Origin: Terriglobia bacterium
GTDB lineage: Bacteria > Acidobacteriota > Terriglobia > 20CM-2-55-15
DNA length: 64,000 bases
Reading direction: 5' to 3'
NCBI GenBank assembly: GCA_963664115.2
Contig: CAXWPJ010000001.1
Span: forward strand, 53,844 to 117,843
The notes under the pieces were generated by a model. It was not told the DNA's origin and searched no databases. It was given only the letters and a program-made list of their open reading frames with translations. Positions 20,134 through 30,753 of this stretch are shown piece after piece. The number at the start of each line of letters is the position of its first letter. The stretch's first letter is position 1. A program made the position numbers and the translations under genes.

Positions 20134-21129
20134 TCAGGAGCGACGTGTGTCCCAGGCCTCCGGGTTTACCAGGTTTGCGGGGCGATCTCCGTTCAAGCCG
20201 GACAGGAGGTTCTGACCCGCCATCATGCACATGCGCAGCCGGGTTTCATGGGAACTGCTTGCGATATGGGGTGCGAGCACGACGTTGTCAAGCCCCATCA
20301 ATCCCTCCACAAGAGCGGGTTCGAACTCGTACACATCGAGTCCGGCGCCGGCGATCACATCGGCCGTAAGAGCCCGGACCAGCGCGTTCTCGTCAACGAC
20401 CGGTCCGCGGGAGGTATTGATGAGGATCGCGGTGGTTTTCATCGAGCGAAGAGCCTCGTCGTCGATGAGGTGGCGGGTGCTCTCGAGCAAGGGAACATGG
20501 AGGCTGACGAAATCGGACTGCCGAAGAATCGTATCCATGGGGACGGACTCTGCTCCGAGTTCCGCCGCGACATCGTCCCCGACGGGATAAGGATCGTAAA
20601 AAAGGACCCGCATTCCGAAGCCCTGGGCTCTCCGTGCGACTGCTTGTCCGATTCTTCCCAGGCCAACAACCCCCAGAACCTTGCCGCATATGTCGTGACC
20701 CAGAAGCATGCGAGGCCCCCAGGCGTCAAACTTGCCTGCCCTCACGAATCGGTCCGCTTCGACGATCCGGCGGGCTGTGGCCAGCATAAGCGACCATGCG
20801 AAGTCTGCCGTAGTTTCGGTGAGAACGCCGGGAGTATTCGTGACCAGAATGCCCCGTTCGGTCGCGCCCTTGATGTCAATGTTGTCGAAACCCACCGCGA
20901 AATTTGCGATGACCTTCAACTTGGGGCATCGGTCCATCAGCTGCGGACTGATGGAGTCCGTGAGCAGTGCGAGAACGCCGTCCACATCTTGAATCCCCTC
21001 TTCCAGCGCGTCGGGAGCAAGGACCTGATCGGTCGGATTTCCGTCCACCTGAACCTGATTTTTCAGGAAAGAAACCGCTTCGTCAAAAACCCTGCGGGTG
21101 ATGAAGACCTTCTGAAACACTCGAAACAC
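20134..21129 (-). CDS. D-glycerate dehydrogenase / glyoxylate reductase
   Basis: NTPGVLTETTAD, GLGRIG, NTSRG, GLDVYE.EP, PHIAS. Confidence 0.9.
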   Translation of the reverse strand: MFRVFQKVFITRRVFDEAVSFLKNQVQVDGNPTDQVLAPDALEEGIQDVDGVLALLTDSISPQLMDRCPKLKVIANFAVGFDNIDIKGATERGILVTNTPGVLTETTADFAWSLMLATARRIVEADRFVRAGKFDAWGPRMLLGHDICGKVLGVVGLGRIGQAVARRAQGFGMRVLFYDPYPVGDDVAAELGAESVPMDTILRQSDFVSLHVPLLESTRHLIDDEALRSMKTTAILINTSRGPVVDENALVRALTADVIAGAGLDVYEFEPALVEGLMGLDNVVLAPHIASSSHETRLRMCMMAGQNLLSGLNGDRPANLVNPEAWDTRRS

Positions 21130-21316
21130 TCCAAACCTAGGGCGCCGTGGACTTTAGGCGAACCGGACCCGATCCGGGCCGGTCCCGGAGTGACGTTCCG
21201 GACTGACAATGCCGCGATGTCACTCTGTTGTCGGGCTGACAACGTCTGACGGGGTCAAGCGTATGCTATAATTCGGGGCTTTGTCGAACCTGTATTCGCA
21301 ATAGGAGTTGGATGGA

Positions 21317-22756
21317 ATGAATCGTGTCTCACTTCTCGCTTTGGCCGCACTGGTGCTCGGCGCCTGCGGTGCCCCTGAGGAAATCGAATCCACCGAACCC
21401 GAACGTGTTGTCACGTTTTTTGAAGGTGGCCGAGCAATACTTGGCAATGGAAGCGAAGTCATCGAGGACGTCGCTTTTGTCGTGGACGACGGAATCGTAA
21501 CCGCGATCGGTCCAGTGGCTGAGGTTGAGCATCCTCCTGGCGCCGAACGCTACGACCTGTCCGATCACACGGTGGTCCCTTTTCTGCACAACATGCATGG
21601 GCACGTGGGCTACCTGGACCGCTTTGGCGAAATGTCCGCCGACCAGTACACGCGTGAAAACATCCTGATCGATCTCGACCGATACCTGTACTACGGCGTC
21701 GGCACGGTAGCCGTCCTTGGCTCCGACCGGGATGACACGGCCTTCCAGATCCGTGGTGAGCAGCAGGGCGCCGGCTTGACTACGACGCGACTCATGACCG
21801 CGGGTCGCGGCATTACTGCGAGAAACGGGTTCCCATTGCGGATCGAGCCCTTGTCGGACGTGCCCTACCAGATCGCAAGCGAGGATGAAGCCCGTGCCGC
21901 AGTTCAGGGGTTGGCCGCTCAGGGCGTCGACTTTGTAAAAGTCTGGCTCGACGATGACCGGCGGGTCTCCGGTCAGGTCTACCGATTCGGGCAGCTGACG
22001 AATCAGTACTCGACGGTTACCAAGCTGAGTCCGGCGCTTTACGGGGCCATCATCGACGAAGCGCATCAAAACAATCTGAGGGTCGTGGCTCATGTCAGAT
22101 ATCTCGCTGACGCAAAGGGCCTGGTCGAGGCGGGCATCGACGGATTGGTCCACAGCATTCGAGACCGGGCGGTCGATAGTGCCCTGATCCAGGCGATGCT
22201 CGATAACGACGTTTTTTATGTACCGACCCTGACCGCGCATGAATCCACTTTCATTTACGCTGATGAGCCGGCGTGGCTGAGGGAAGGCGCCCTGCGCGAA
22301 AGTGTATCCGGCGCGATAATCGGCCGGCTGTCAAGCCGGGGAATCGTGGGAACGATGCAGCAGGATCCGAACCTGACGCTCTTGCGTGGGGAATTCGAGA
22401 ACGCGATGGAAAACTTCAAAGCGCTCTACGATGCGGGCGTCGCCGTAGGTCTGGGAACCGATTCGGGCGGAACCCACAGGTTCCCGGGATTCTTCGAACA
22501 TCGAGAGTTGGAATTGATGGTCCAGGCTGGACTGACGCCTCTTCAGGCAATCACGGTCGGCACTCAGGAATCCGGCCGGCTTCTGGGACTGGAAGACACC
22601 GGAACCCTCGAAGTGGGAAGGAGGGGAGACTTCATCATCGTTCCCGACGACCCGCTGACCGATATCACCGCAACCCGTAACATCGCTGAGGTGTTCCGAG
22701 GTGGCGTCGAGGTCGAACGATCGACCATGATGAGCACATTCACAACGGTGAACTAA
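21317..22756 (+). CDS. amidohydrolase-family lipoprotein
   Basis: Lipobox LGAC, MHGH, VKVW, AH, VHS, GTDSG, GTLEVG. Confidence 0.8.
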   Translation: MNRVSLLALAALVLGACGAPEEIESTEPERVVTFFEGGRAILGNGSEVIEDVAFVVDDGIVTAIGPVAEVEHPPGAERYDLSDHTVVPFLHNMHGHVGYLDRFGEMSADQYTRENILIDLDRYLYYGVGTVAVLGSDRDDTAFQIRGEQQGAGLTTTRLMTAGRGITARNGFPLRIEPLSDVPYQIASEDEARAAVQGLAAQGVDFVKVWLDDDRRVSGQVYRFGQLTNQYSTVTKLSPALYGAIIDEAHQNNLRVVAHVRYLADAKGLVEAGIDGLVHSIRDRAVDSALIQAMLDNDVFYVPTLTAHESTFIYADEPAWLREGALRESVSGAIIGRLSSRGIVGTMQQDPNLTLLRGEFENAMENFKALYDAGVAVGLGTDSGGTHRFPGFFEHRELELMVQAGLTPLQAITVGTQESGRLLGLEDTGTLEVGRRGDFIIVPDDPLTDITATRNIAEVFRGGVEVERSTMMSTFTTVN

Positions 22757-22959
22757 CAGTCCCGATTCAGAGAGATGAGCGGGGTGCCGCCCTCGTGTGG
22801 TGGGCGCCTCAACGTCTCGGCCGGTCCGGCAGAATCAGGTTTATCCTTCCATTCCACCGTTTAATTTTTCGTTGTTGAAGGACGCGGTCGTCCACGGGCC
22901 GGACATTCGGACGACCCGCAAAGAACCCGCAATCGCAAGCCTCAAGAGAGGACGCCGTC

Positions 22960-24060
22960 ATGGCAAAGTATAAGCGAACAGTTCTCTGCGAACTTCAGCT
23001 TGCCCGGGGAGCGCGACTGGTTCCCTTTGGCGCATGGGAAATGCCGGTGGAGTATAGCGGGATTTCTAAGGAGCATCATGCCGTTCGCACGGGGGTTGGT
23101 CTTTTCGATGTCAGCCATATGGGGGAGTTCTTGGTGCGGGGTCCGGGATCGCTTGATCTTTTACAACACGTCACGACGAACGACGTGGCCCGCCTCTCCG
23201 CTGGGGCAGCCCAATATACGACGATGGCATCCGAAGATGGTACGGTCGTCGATGATTTGCTCCTATACCGTCTGGCGCAAGACGAGTACATGATGGTCGT
23301 CAATGCAACGAATACAGATTCCGATTTCCACTGGTTAGGCACCCATAACAAGTTCGACTCACAATTAGAAGATGTCAGTCACAAAACGACTCTTCTTGCG
23401 CTCCAGGGACCGCGCGCCCAGGAAATGCTGCAGCCGTTGACTGAAGCGGATCTGTCGACCCTTGCCTCGTTTCGTTGCATTCAGACCCGAGTTGGGGGAG
23501 TGGAAGGAATCCTCTCCAGAACCGGATACACGGGGGAGGACGGTTTCGAGTTCTATTTCTCAAATTCAGACGCCCACGCGGTCTGGGGTACGCTCATTGA
23601 AGCGGGAACGCCGTTCGGCGTTCTCCCTGTCGGTTTGGGCGCCCGTAACACGCTTCGCCTGGAAGCGGGACTGTTGCTTCATGGGAACGATATGGATCAG
23701 ACGACAACCCCCATCGAAGCGGGTATAGGATGGGTCGTGAAACTTGAAAAGGGAGACTTCATAGGACGTGAGGCCCTTTTGCGTCAGGTGAAAGCCGGCG
23801 TCACGCGAAGGCTGACCGGTTTCCAGATGATGGGGCCCTTGATCGCGCGTGACGGCTATCCTGTCCTTGTTGACGGCCAGACCGTGGGTCAAGTCACCAG
23901 CGGGAGCCCATCTATTACCTTGAAGAAGAATATTGGTTTAGCGTATCTTCCTGCCGAACACACCGCCGATGGAACACGGCTTCAAGTGCGAATACGCAAG
24001 AGTGTTGGTGAGGCCGAGGTCGTGCCCACGCCATTTTACAAACGGAGAGCCTCGATATGA
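22960..24060 (+). CDS. gcvT: glycine cleavage system aminomethyltransferase T
   Basis: FDVSHMG, SRTGYTGEDGFE, GLGARNTLRLEAG. Confidence 0.97.
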   Translation: MAKYKRTVLCELQLARGARLVPFGAWEMPVEYSGISKEHHAVRTGVGLFDVSHMGEFLVRGPGSLDLLQHVTTNDVARLSAGAAQYTTMASEDGTVVDDLLLYRLAQDEYMMVVNATNTDSDFHWLGTHNKFDSQLEDVSHKTTLLALQGPRAQEMLQPLTEADLSTLASFRCIQTRVGGVEGILSRTGYTGEDGFEFYFSNSDAHAVWGTLIEAGTPFGVLPVGLGARNTLRLEAGLLLHGNDMDQTTTPIEAGIGWVVKLEKGDFIGREALLRQVKAGVTRRLTGFQMMGPLIARDGYPVLVDGQTVGQVTSGSPSITLKKNIGLAYLPAEHTADGTRLQVRIRKSVGEAEVVPTPFYKRRASI

Positions 24061-24455
24061 ACCCAGATGATTTGCTCTACTCAAAAGAACACGAGTGGGT
24101 CTTTGTCGAAGATGAAGTCGCAACGATCGGCATCACCTCGCACGCGGAACAGGAGTTGGGAGAAGTCGTCTATGTCGAGTTGCCGAAGGCCGGGGATCAG
24201 TTGGACGCCAACGACACATTTGGTACGGTCGAATCCGTCAAGGCGGTATCCGAGCTGTTCATGCCGGTCTCTGGTGAGGTAATCGAAATCAACGATGCAC
24301 TCGACCCCTCCCCTGAACTCGTCAACGATGATGCCTATGGGAAAGGGTGGATGATCCGCATTCGGATGCGTGATCAATCGGAACTCAAGAACCTGATTTC
24401 ACCTGACGAGTATGCGGAGTACACCTCCGGATCCGAATCAAAACCGGAGGGATAG
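24057..24455 (+). CDS. gcvH: glycine cleavage system H protein
   Basis: HEWV, lipoyl motif ESVKA, GKGW. Confidence 0.97.
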   Translation: MNPDDLLYSKEHEWVFVEDEVATIGITSHAEQELGEVVYVELPKAGDQLDANDTFGTVESVKAVSELFMPVSGEVIEINDALDPSPELVNDDAYGKGWMIRIRMRDQSELKNLISPDEYAEYTSGSESKPEG

Positions 24456-24458
24456 TCC

Positions 24459-25805
24459 TTGCGTTACATTCCGAATTCTCCGACCGGCCGCGGAGAAATG
24501 CTGCGCGAAATCGGCGTTGATGGGATCGAAGAGCTATTCGCTGGAATTCCCGGTAATCTGCGTCTGAAACGCCTTCTGGATCTTCCCCCGGCGATGACAG
24601 AACCGGAATTGCTGGGTTATTTCGATGACGCAGCGCGACGCAACCACACAACGGCAACGTCCTTTCTCGGGGCCGGCATTTATCCCCATCACATTCCTGT
24701 CGTCGTGGATGCCCTGATCTCCAGGTCTGAATTCTTCACGGCATATACCCCCTACCAGGCTGAAATTGCCCAGGGCACTCTGCAGGCGATTTTTGAATTT
24801 CAGACCTACATCACGCAACTGACAGGAATGGACGTTGCCAACGCCTCCCTCTATGACGGGAGTACGGCCTTGGCCGAAGCCGTACTGATGGCGCATCGAA
24901 TCCGGGGAAGAAACCGCTTTATTGTCGCGCGATCGGTGCATCCGGAGTATCGGCAAGTCGTGGATACTCACATGAAGCGGCTCGGAGTACGCTTCGACAC
25001 GATCGGGTTTTCCAATAGCGGGCAGGTCGATATGGACTCGCTGCGGTCCGCCCTCGATTCCGAGGTCGCAGCAGTCATCGTCCAGTCCCCCAATTTCTTC
25101 GGTGGCATCGAGGACGTGGGCGCCGTGTCGGAGTTGGCGCACCGCCACGGAGCTCTTGCTATCGTCAACGTCTGTGAAGCGATGTCGTTCGGACTTCTCG
25201 CTCCACCCGGTGCCTCAGACCGGGACGAGCGCTGTGGGGACATCGTCGTCGGTGAAGCTCAGTCACTGGGAATTCCGATGAATTTCGGAGGGCCTCATCT
25301 GGGATTTATCGCGACGCGCCAGGACTTCGTGAGGCAGTTGCCCGGTCGAATCGTGGGTATGGGACGCGACTCCGAAAGTCGACGGGGATTTGTTCTGACC
25401 CTGGCAACCCGGGAACAGCATATTCGCCGGGAAAAAGCGACTTCAAATATCTGTACCAACCAGTCGCTGTGTGCACTGATGACTACTGTTTTCCTGGCGC
25501 TCGTGGGTCCGCATGGACTTCGCGAGTTTGCCACCCAGAACGTTCAGAAGAGCGCATACCTCATGGATCGAATTGCGAACGACACACCCCATGAAATCCA
25601 GTTTTCCGGCCCGCGCTTCAACGAGTTTGTCGTCAAACTCGATGGGGATTACGCCGCGATATCTTCGCGATTGGAAAAATCCGGATTGGTCCCGGGGCTG
25701 CACCTGGGCCGCTTCTATCCAGATCTCGAGAACTCCTTGCTCATCTGCGCGACGGAAGTTCACCAGAAGGAAGAAATGGATGCGCTCGTAAAAGGCATGT
25801 CTTGA
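24459..25805 (+). CDS. gcvPA: glycine dehydrogenase subunit 1
   Basis: YTPYQAEIAQG, NASLYDG, REQHIRREKATSNICTNQ. Confidence 0.97.
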   Translation: MRYIPNSPTGRGEMLREIGVDGIEELFAGIPGNLRLKRLLDLPPAMTEPELLGYFDDAARRNHTTATSFLGAGIYPHHIPVVVDALISRSEFFTAYTPYQAEIAQGTLQAIFEFQTYITQLTGMDVANASLYDGSTALAEAVLMAHRIRGRNRFIVARSVHPEYRQVVDTHMKRLGVRFDTIGFSNSGQVDMDSLRSALDSEVAAVIVQSPNFFGGIEDVGAVSELAHRHGALAIVNVCEAMSFGLLAPPGASDRDERCGDIVVGEAQSLGIPMNFGGPHLGFIATRQDFVRQLPGRIVGMGRDSESRRGFVLTLATREQHIRREKATSNICTNQSLCALMTTVFLALVGPHGLREFATQNVQKSAYLMDRIANDTPHEIQFSGPRFNEFVVKLDGDYAAISSRLEKSGLVPGLHLGRFYPDLENSLLICATEVHQKEEMDALVKGMS

Positions 25806-27304
25806 TGGATAGAATGGATAGAGCAGGATCGCATATCAGTTTGAACGAAGCGCTCCTGTTCGAAGAGAGCGCACCCGGTCGACGGGCCTTCGACCTTCCC
25901 CCGCTAGACATCCCCGAACGCGACATGGACTCGCTGATACCGCCCGAATTGTGCCGCAGCAGTCTCGAGGGTATGCCCGAACTCAGTGAAAGCGACGTCG
26001 TGCGCCACTTCACACGCCTGTCGACCTGGAACTACAGCATTGATCTGGGTTTGTATCCCCTGGGTTCGTGCACGATGAAGTACAATCCCCGGATCAACGA
26101 ATGCGTCGCCCGGCTCAGTGGCTTTACTGCGGCGCATCCCTACATGCCCCCGGAGTTCGTTCAGGGTGCACTCCATATTCAAAAAACTCTCGAAGACTGT
26201 CTGGCCGAAATTACGGGCATGCAAGCAGTCACTTTACAGCCCGCTGCTGGAGCCCATGGTGAGCTGACGGGACTGCTGCTGATCCGGGCCTATCACGAAG
26301 CCCAGGGAAATCCCCGGAGGACTATTCTCGTTCCGGATTCCGCCCACGGCACAAATCCGGCCAGTGTTGCGATATCGGGATATGAGTCTCTACAGGTTCA
26401 GAGCGGTGAGGACGGTACCCTGGATCTGGATCACCTGGAAGCTCTGGTCGATGAAGATGTGGCGGCCATCATGATCACGAATCCCAATACATTGGGGATT
26501 TTTGAACGCGAAATCGAAAGAATCACCGCGCTGCTTCACGCCAACGGCGCATTGGTTTACATGGACGGTGCAAATATGAACGCCATGATGGGGGTGACCC
26601 GTCCGGGAGATTTCGGTGTTGACGTATTGCATCTCAACCTGCACAAGACCTTTACGACACCGCATGGTGGCGGCGGACCCGGAAGCGGTCCGGTTGCGGT
26701 CGGGGCGCGGCTGGAGCCTTTTTTACCGAAGCCAATCATTGTAAGACACCCGGACGGTACGTATAGCGTTGATCTGGACCGCCCTCAGTCGATCGGAAGA
26801 GTCAAGGCTTTCGCTGGCCAGTTCGGTATGCATGTGCGCGCCCTGGCCTATATCCTGGCCAACGGAGGCGAAGGACTGCGCGAGACGTCGGAAACGGCGG
26901 TTCTGAACGCCAACTATTTACGGAAGAAGCTGGAAGGCCGGTATCATCTGCCCTATAGCGGGCGATCGCTACACGAGGTTGTCTTCTCAGACCTCTATCA
27001 GAGAAAGAATGGCGTACGGGTTGGGGATATCGGGAAGAGGCTGATGGACTACGGATTCCACCCGCCTACGGTCTCGTTTCCACTGATCGTGTCCGGCGCG
27101 ATCATGATCGAACCGACGGAAACCGAAAGCCGGCAGGAGCTGGATGCGTTCATTGAGGCCATGCTTCAGATCGCCGACGAAGCGGAGACCGACCCCGAGA
27201 AAGTCAAAACGGCTCCCCACAGCACGCGTATAGGACGCATCGACGAGGCAGCTGCGGCACGCAGACCCGTTCTTCGGTGGCAACCGGGCGTCGACGAGAA
27301 ATGA
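25805..27304 (+). CDS. gcvPB: glycine dehydrogenase subunit 2
   Basis: PLGSCTMKYN, PDSAHGTNPAS, PLP motif HLNLHKTF.TPHGGGGPG. Confidence 0.97.
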   Translation: MDRMDRAGSHISLNEALLFEESAPGRRAFDLPPLDIPERDMDSLIPPELCRSSLEGMPELSESDVVRHFTRLSTWNYSIDLGLYPLGSCTMKYNPRINECVARLSGFTAAHPYMPPEFVQGALHIQKTLEDCLAEITGMQAVTLQPAAGAHGELTGLLLIRAYHEAQGNPRRTILVPDSAHGTNPASVAISGYESLQVQSGEDGTLDLDHLEALVDEDVAAIMITNPNTLGIFEREIERITALLHANGALVYMDGANMNAMMGVTRPGDFGVDVLHLNLHKTFTTPHGGGGPGSGPVAVGARLEPFLPKPIIVRHPDGTYSVDLDRPQSIGRVKAFAGQFGMHVRALAYILANGGEGLRETSETAVLNANYLRKKLEGRYHLPYSGRSLHEVVFSDLYQRKNGVRVGDIGKRLMDYGFHPPTVSFPLIVSGAIMIEPTETESRQELDAFIEAMLQIADEAETDPEKVKTAPHSTRIGRIDEAAAARRPVLRWQPGVDEK

Positions 27305-27413
27305 ACGGGTACTGAAGCCCCGACATTACGGTCTCCCTCACCTCGTCACCCTCAAACCAACCCGCCCAGTTGACTTTATAAAGCATTAGAAGAGAGAGTA
27401 GGCAGGAGTTCCA

Positions 27414-29867
27414 ATGGCTCGCGTTCAGGAGAACCCAGTGCCCAAATCAGAGTCGGACGGAAAGTTGCTGCCCCTGCTGGTCGTTTTGTTTATTGGTAGC
27501 GGGTGCGCCGCACTCATCTACGAGGTGGTCTGGTTTCAGTTGCTGTCGCTCGTGATCGGAGCGTCGTCGGTCTCGCTCGGAGTGCTGTTGGGCACTTTTA
27601 TGGGTGGTATGTGCCTGGGAAGTATTCTCCTTCCCCGCCTGATTTCTTCCAGGCACCACCCATTGCGCGTCTATGCCTTCATGGAATTGGGCATCGGCGT
27701 GATTGGCGTCGGCATTCTCTACGCAATGCCTTTGATCGGCGGAGTTTACAGTGCGTGGGCAGGATCCGGACCGCTGGGCATGTTCGTGAGGGCGCTGGTT
27801 GCGGCGATCTGCCTCCTTCCGCCCACGATCCTCATGGGTGCTACGCTCCCGGCGATTGCACGCTGGATCGAAACGACCCCGCGGGGCGTTTCCTGGCTCG
27901 GCTTCTTTTACGCCGGCAATATCGGTGGCGCCGTTGTCGGGAGTGTGCTGGCTGGCTTCTACCTGTTGCGTATCTACGACGTAGCGGTCGCAACGTCTGT
28001 TGCTGTGACGATCAACTTCGCGGTGGCCGGGTTGAGCTTGATATTCGCGAAGCGGACGCCCTATGAGGAGCATCCCCCGCTCGAGTTGAGCCGCGCCCGA
28101 GCCAGGGCGGATTGGCCGGTATATGTGACGATCGCACTGTCGGGCATGACAGCCTTAGCCGCCGAAGTGATCTGGACCCGGCATCTGTCCATTCTGTTTG
28201 GCGCGACCGTGTACACCTTCGCTCTCATTCTGGCCGTCTTTCTCATGGGGCTTGGCATCGGGAGCAGCGCGGGGTCTCTTGCGGGCCGGGCACTCAAGGC
28301 CCCACGGGTGGCTTTGGGCGTATGTCAGTTTCTTCTCTGTGGGGGAATCGCCTGGGCGGCATATTCCATCTCAGAATTTCTGCCGTACTGGCCTCTCGAT
28401 GTGACGCTTGATTCGACCCCGTGGGTCACGCTTCAGTTGGACCTCATCCGGGCTGTCTGGACCCTGTTGCCTCCCGCCATACTCTGGGGGGCGAGCTTTC
28501 CGCTGGCACTTGCCGCTGCGGCCGGAGCCGGGGGCGACCCCGGCCGGCTTGTGGGTGGACTCTACGCAGCCAACACGGTGGGTGCGATCGTGGGATCCCT
28601 GGGCGCCAGTTTGATCCTGGTCGTTGCGATCGGGAGCCAGCATGCCCAGCAGCTCTTGATTTTCGCTTCTGCGGTGTCCGGACTGCTGATGCTGGGGCCG
28701 ATTATGCTGTCGCGACTTCGGGATGCCGGTTTCGATTTTCGGAAATTGACTACCGCGGTATTCGCTTCCCTGGCGGTTGCCGGATTGATCGCCAGCGTGC
28801 CGGCCATTCCGGGTGAGTTCGTCGCTTATGGCCGCTTCTTGCCGACGCGCGGCGCGGGCACTGAAGTGATTTATATGGGTGAAGGCCTCACGGCATCGGT
28901 TGCCGTGACGCGTCATCCGAGTGGCATTTTGAACTACCACAACGCGGGTAAGGTTCAGGCCTCGAGCTACGCACCAGACATGCGGCTTCAACGCATGCTG
29001 GGGCATCTGGTAACGCTGGCCCCGGAGAACAACGCCTCATTCCTGGTAATCGGATTGGGCGCCGGTGTGACCGCCGGAGCTGTCAGTATCGACCCTCAGG
29101 CCGAACGCGTTGTCATTGCCGAGATCGAGCCGCTCGTACCTCGAGTGGTCTCCGAGCATTTCGGGGAGTACAACTTCAACGTTGTCGATAACCCGAAGGT
29201 CGATATCCGCATCGATGACGGGCGGCACTTTTTGCTGACGACAGATGAGACCTTCGACGGGATAACCTCCGATCCCCTCGATCCCTGGGTTAAAGGTGCC
29301 GCCGCGCTCTACACCGAAGAGTTCTGGGCACTGGTCAAGTCGCATCTCAATCCTGGGGGCGTCGTGACCGTATTCGTCCAACTTTACGAAAGCACGGAAG
29401 AAGCGGTGAAGAGTGAAGTTGCCACGTTTCTGGAAGTTTTTCCCAACGGTGCAGTGTTCGCGAACACGATCGATGGTTCGGGCTATGACCTGGTCCTGTT
29501 CGGACAGGCGGATCCTCGGTTCACCATCGATATCGGGCGCATGGACCGCCGTTTGGAACGTCCGGAATATGCACAGGTGAGGGCATCACTGCGCGAAGTG
29601 GGGCTCTCGTCCATCCTCGATCTGCTGGGTACCTACTCGGGTCAGGCCAGCGATCTGTCCGGATGGCTCGAAGACGCAGCCATCAATCGGGATCGCAATC
29701 TCCGTTTGCAGTACCTGGCGGGCATGGGATTGAACCTGTACCGCGCCGATGTCATCTTCAGGAACATGGTGGCGGGGGGTGTGCGCTTTCCTGAGCAATT
29801 ATTCGCCGGCCCCAGGGCGTCGTTAGAGGAATTGGAGCGAATCGTTCGGCTTCGGGTGGGTCCCTGA
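27414..29867 (+). CDS. fused membrane domain / spermidine-synthase-like protein
   Basis: Multi-TM N-terminus (SGCAALIYEV.W); C-terminal IGLGAGVT, EIEP, DDGRHFL, DP.DPW. Confidence 0.85.
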   Translation: MARVQENPVPKSESDGKLLPLLVVLFIGSGCAALIYEVVWFQLLSLVIGASSVSLGVLLGTFMGGMCLGSILLPRLISSRHHPLRVYAFMELGIGVIGVGILYAMPLIGGVYSAWAGSGPLGMFVRALVAAICLLPPTILMGATLPAIARWIETTPRGVSWLGFFYAGNIGGAVVGSVLAGFYLLRIYDVAVATSVAVTINFAVAGLSLIFAKRTPYEEHPPLELSRARARADWPVYVTIALSGMTALAAEVIWTRHLSILFGATVYTFALILAVFLMGLGIGSSAGSLAGRALKAPRVALGVCQFLLCGGIAWAAYSISEFLPYWPLDVTLDSTPWVTLQLDLIRAVWTLLPPAILWGASFPLALAAAAGAGGDPGRLVGGLYAANTVGAIVGSLGASLILVVAIGSQHAQQLLIFASAVSGLLMLGPIMLSRLRDAGFDFRKLTTAVFASLAVAGLIASVPAIPGEFVAYGRFLPTRGAGTEVIYMGEGLTASVAVTRHPSGILNYHNAGKVQASSYAPDMRLQRMLGHLVTLAPENNASFLVIGLGAGVTAGAVSIDPQAERVVIAEIEPLVPRVVSEHFGEYNFNVVDNPKVDIRIDDGRHFLLTTDETFDGITSDPLDPWVKGAAALYTEEFWALVKSHLNPGGVVTVFVQLYESTEEAVKSEVATFLEVFPNGAVFANTIDGSGYDLVLFGQADPRFTIDIGRMDRRLERPEYAQVRASLREVGLSSILDLLGTYSGQASDLSGWLEDAAINRDRNLRLQYLAGMGLNLYRADVIFRNMVAGGVRFPEQLFAGPRASLEELERIVRLRVGP

Positions 29868-29913
29868 GACTAAGCTCACTCAGCTGTTGAACTTCAGCCT
29901 TCCCATTTCCCCA

Positions 29914-30609
29914 TCAAGCCTGGCCTTCCACCCACACCTCCCCGTCTTCGAAGTGCTCCTTTTTCCAGATCGGAACGATTTGCTTGAGGCGGTCGATCGC
30001 GTAGTGACAGGCGTCGAATGCGGCCCGGCGATGAGCGGAGGTCACGATCACAGCTACGGAGGCTTCACCAATTTCCAATCGACCCAGGCGATGAACAATA
30101 GCGATGGAATCGATATCCCATGTGTTGCGGACGCGTTGACCGATCTCCCCCAGAGTCTTGAGCGCCATCCCTTCATAGGCTTCATAGATCAGGTACTGGG
30201 TCGACTTCCCTTTCGACTCATTTCTAACCACGCCTTCGAACACACAGATTGCGCCATCTGCGTCGCGCAACAATTCGCGGGAAATCTTCCCGGCATCGAT
30301 GGGGTCATGGGTGATTTCGTAGAACTCGTGCGGGCTCGAATGCTTTAAAGAGTTACCTGGGGTTCCACCCCCGCTCACGGGCGGGAAAAGCGCGATCTCA
30401 TCCCCGTCTCTCACGGTTTGGGATCGGTCGGCGTACTCTTCGTTTACCGCCGTCAACAGGAGAGAGCGATAGTCCTTGAGACCGGGATAGCTGGATTCGA
30501 GTTGTTCGAGAATCTCCCCCAGTGCCGTGTCATCGTCAACATCGAGGGTGAGCTTTCTGGATCCGACGATATCCGCCAGTGAAGCAAACAAAAGAACCTT
30601 GATCCGCAC
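29914..30609 (-). CDS. molybdopterin synthase MoaD-MoaE fusion
   Basis: MoaD part ends PPVSGG and is followed by MoaE (F.GVVR, YEAY, HRLG, SAHR, PIWKKE). GTG start inferred. Confidence 0.9.
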   Translation of the reverse strand: MRIKVLLFASLADIVGSRKLTLDVDDDTALGEILEQLESSYPGLKDYRSLLLTAVNEEYADRSQTVRDGDEIALFPPVSGGGTPGNSLKHSSPHEFYEITHDPIDAGKISRELLRDADGAICVFEGVVRNESKGKSTQYLIYEAYEGMALKTLGEIGQRVRNTWDIDSIAIVHRLGRLEIGEASVAVIVTSAHRRAAFDACHYAIDRLKQIVPIWKKEHFEDGEVWVEGQA

Positions 30610-30753
30610 TCGACTCCTCGGTATTCGAGAGGATGCTGAAACAGCGGGTCCCGTCATTTGAAAGTGACCCACAGACGGCTATTAGCTGCCATTTAACGCG
30701 TTCGGCCTGAATTGGATTGGATCATATCACAACGTGATAGACTCGTATTCTTG

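Noticed and set aside
22757-22959. Glycine riboswitch upstream of gcvT
   Set aside because: Expected from context, but I could not find the conserved GGAGA...CCGAAG...CTCTCAGG aptamer elements.
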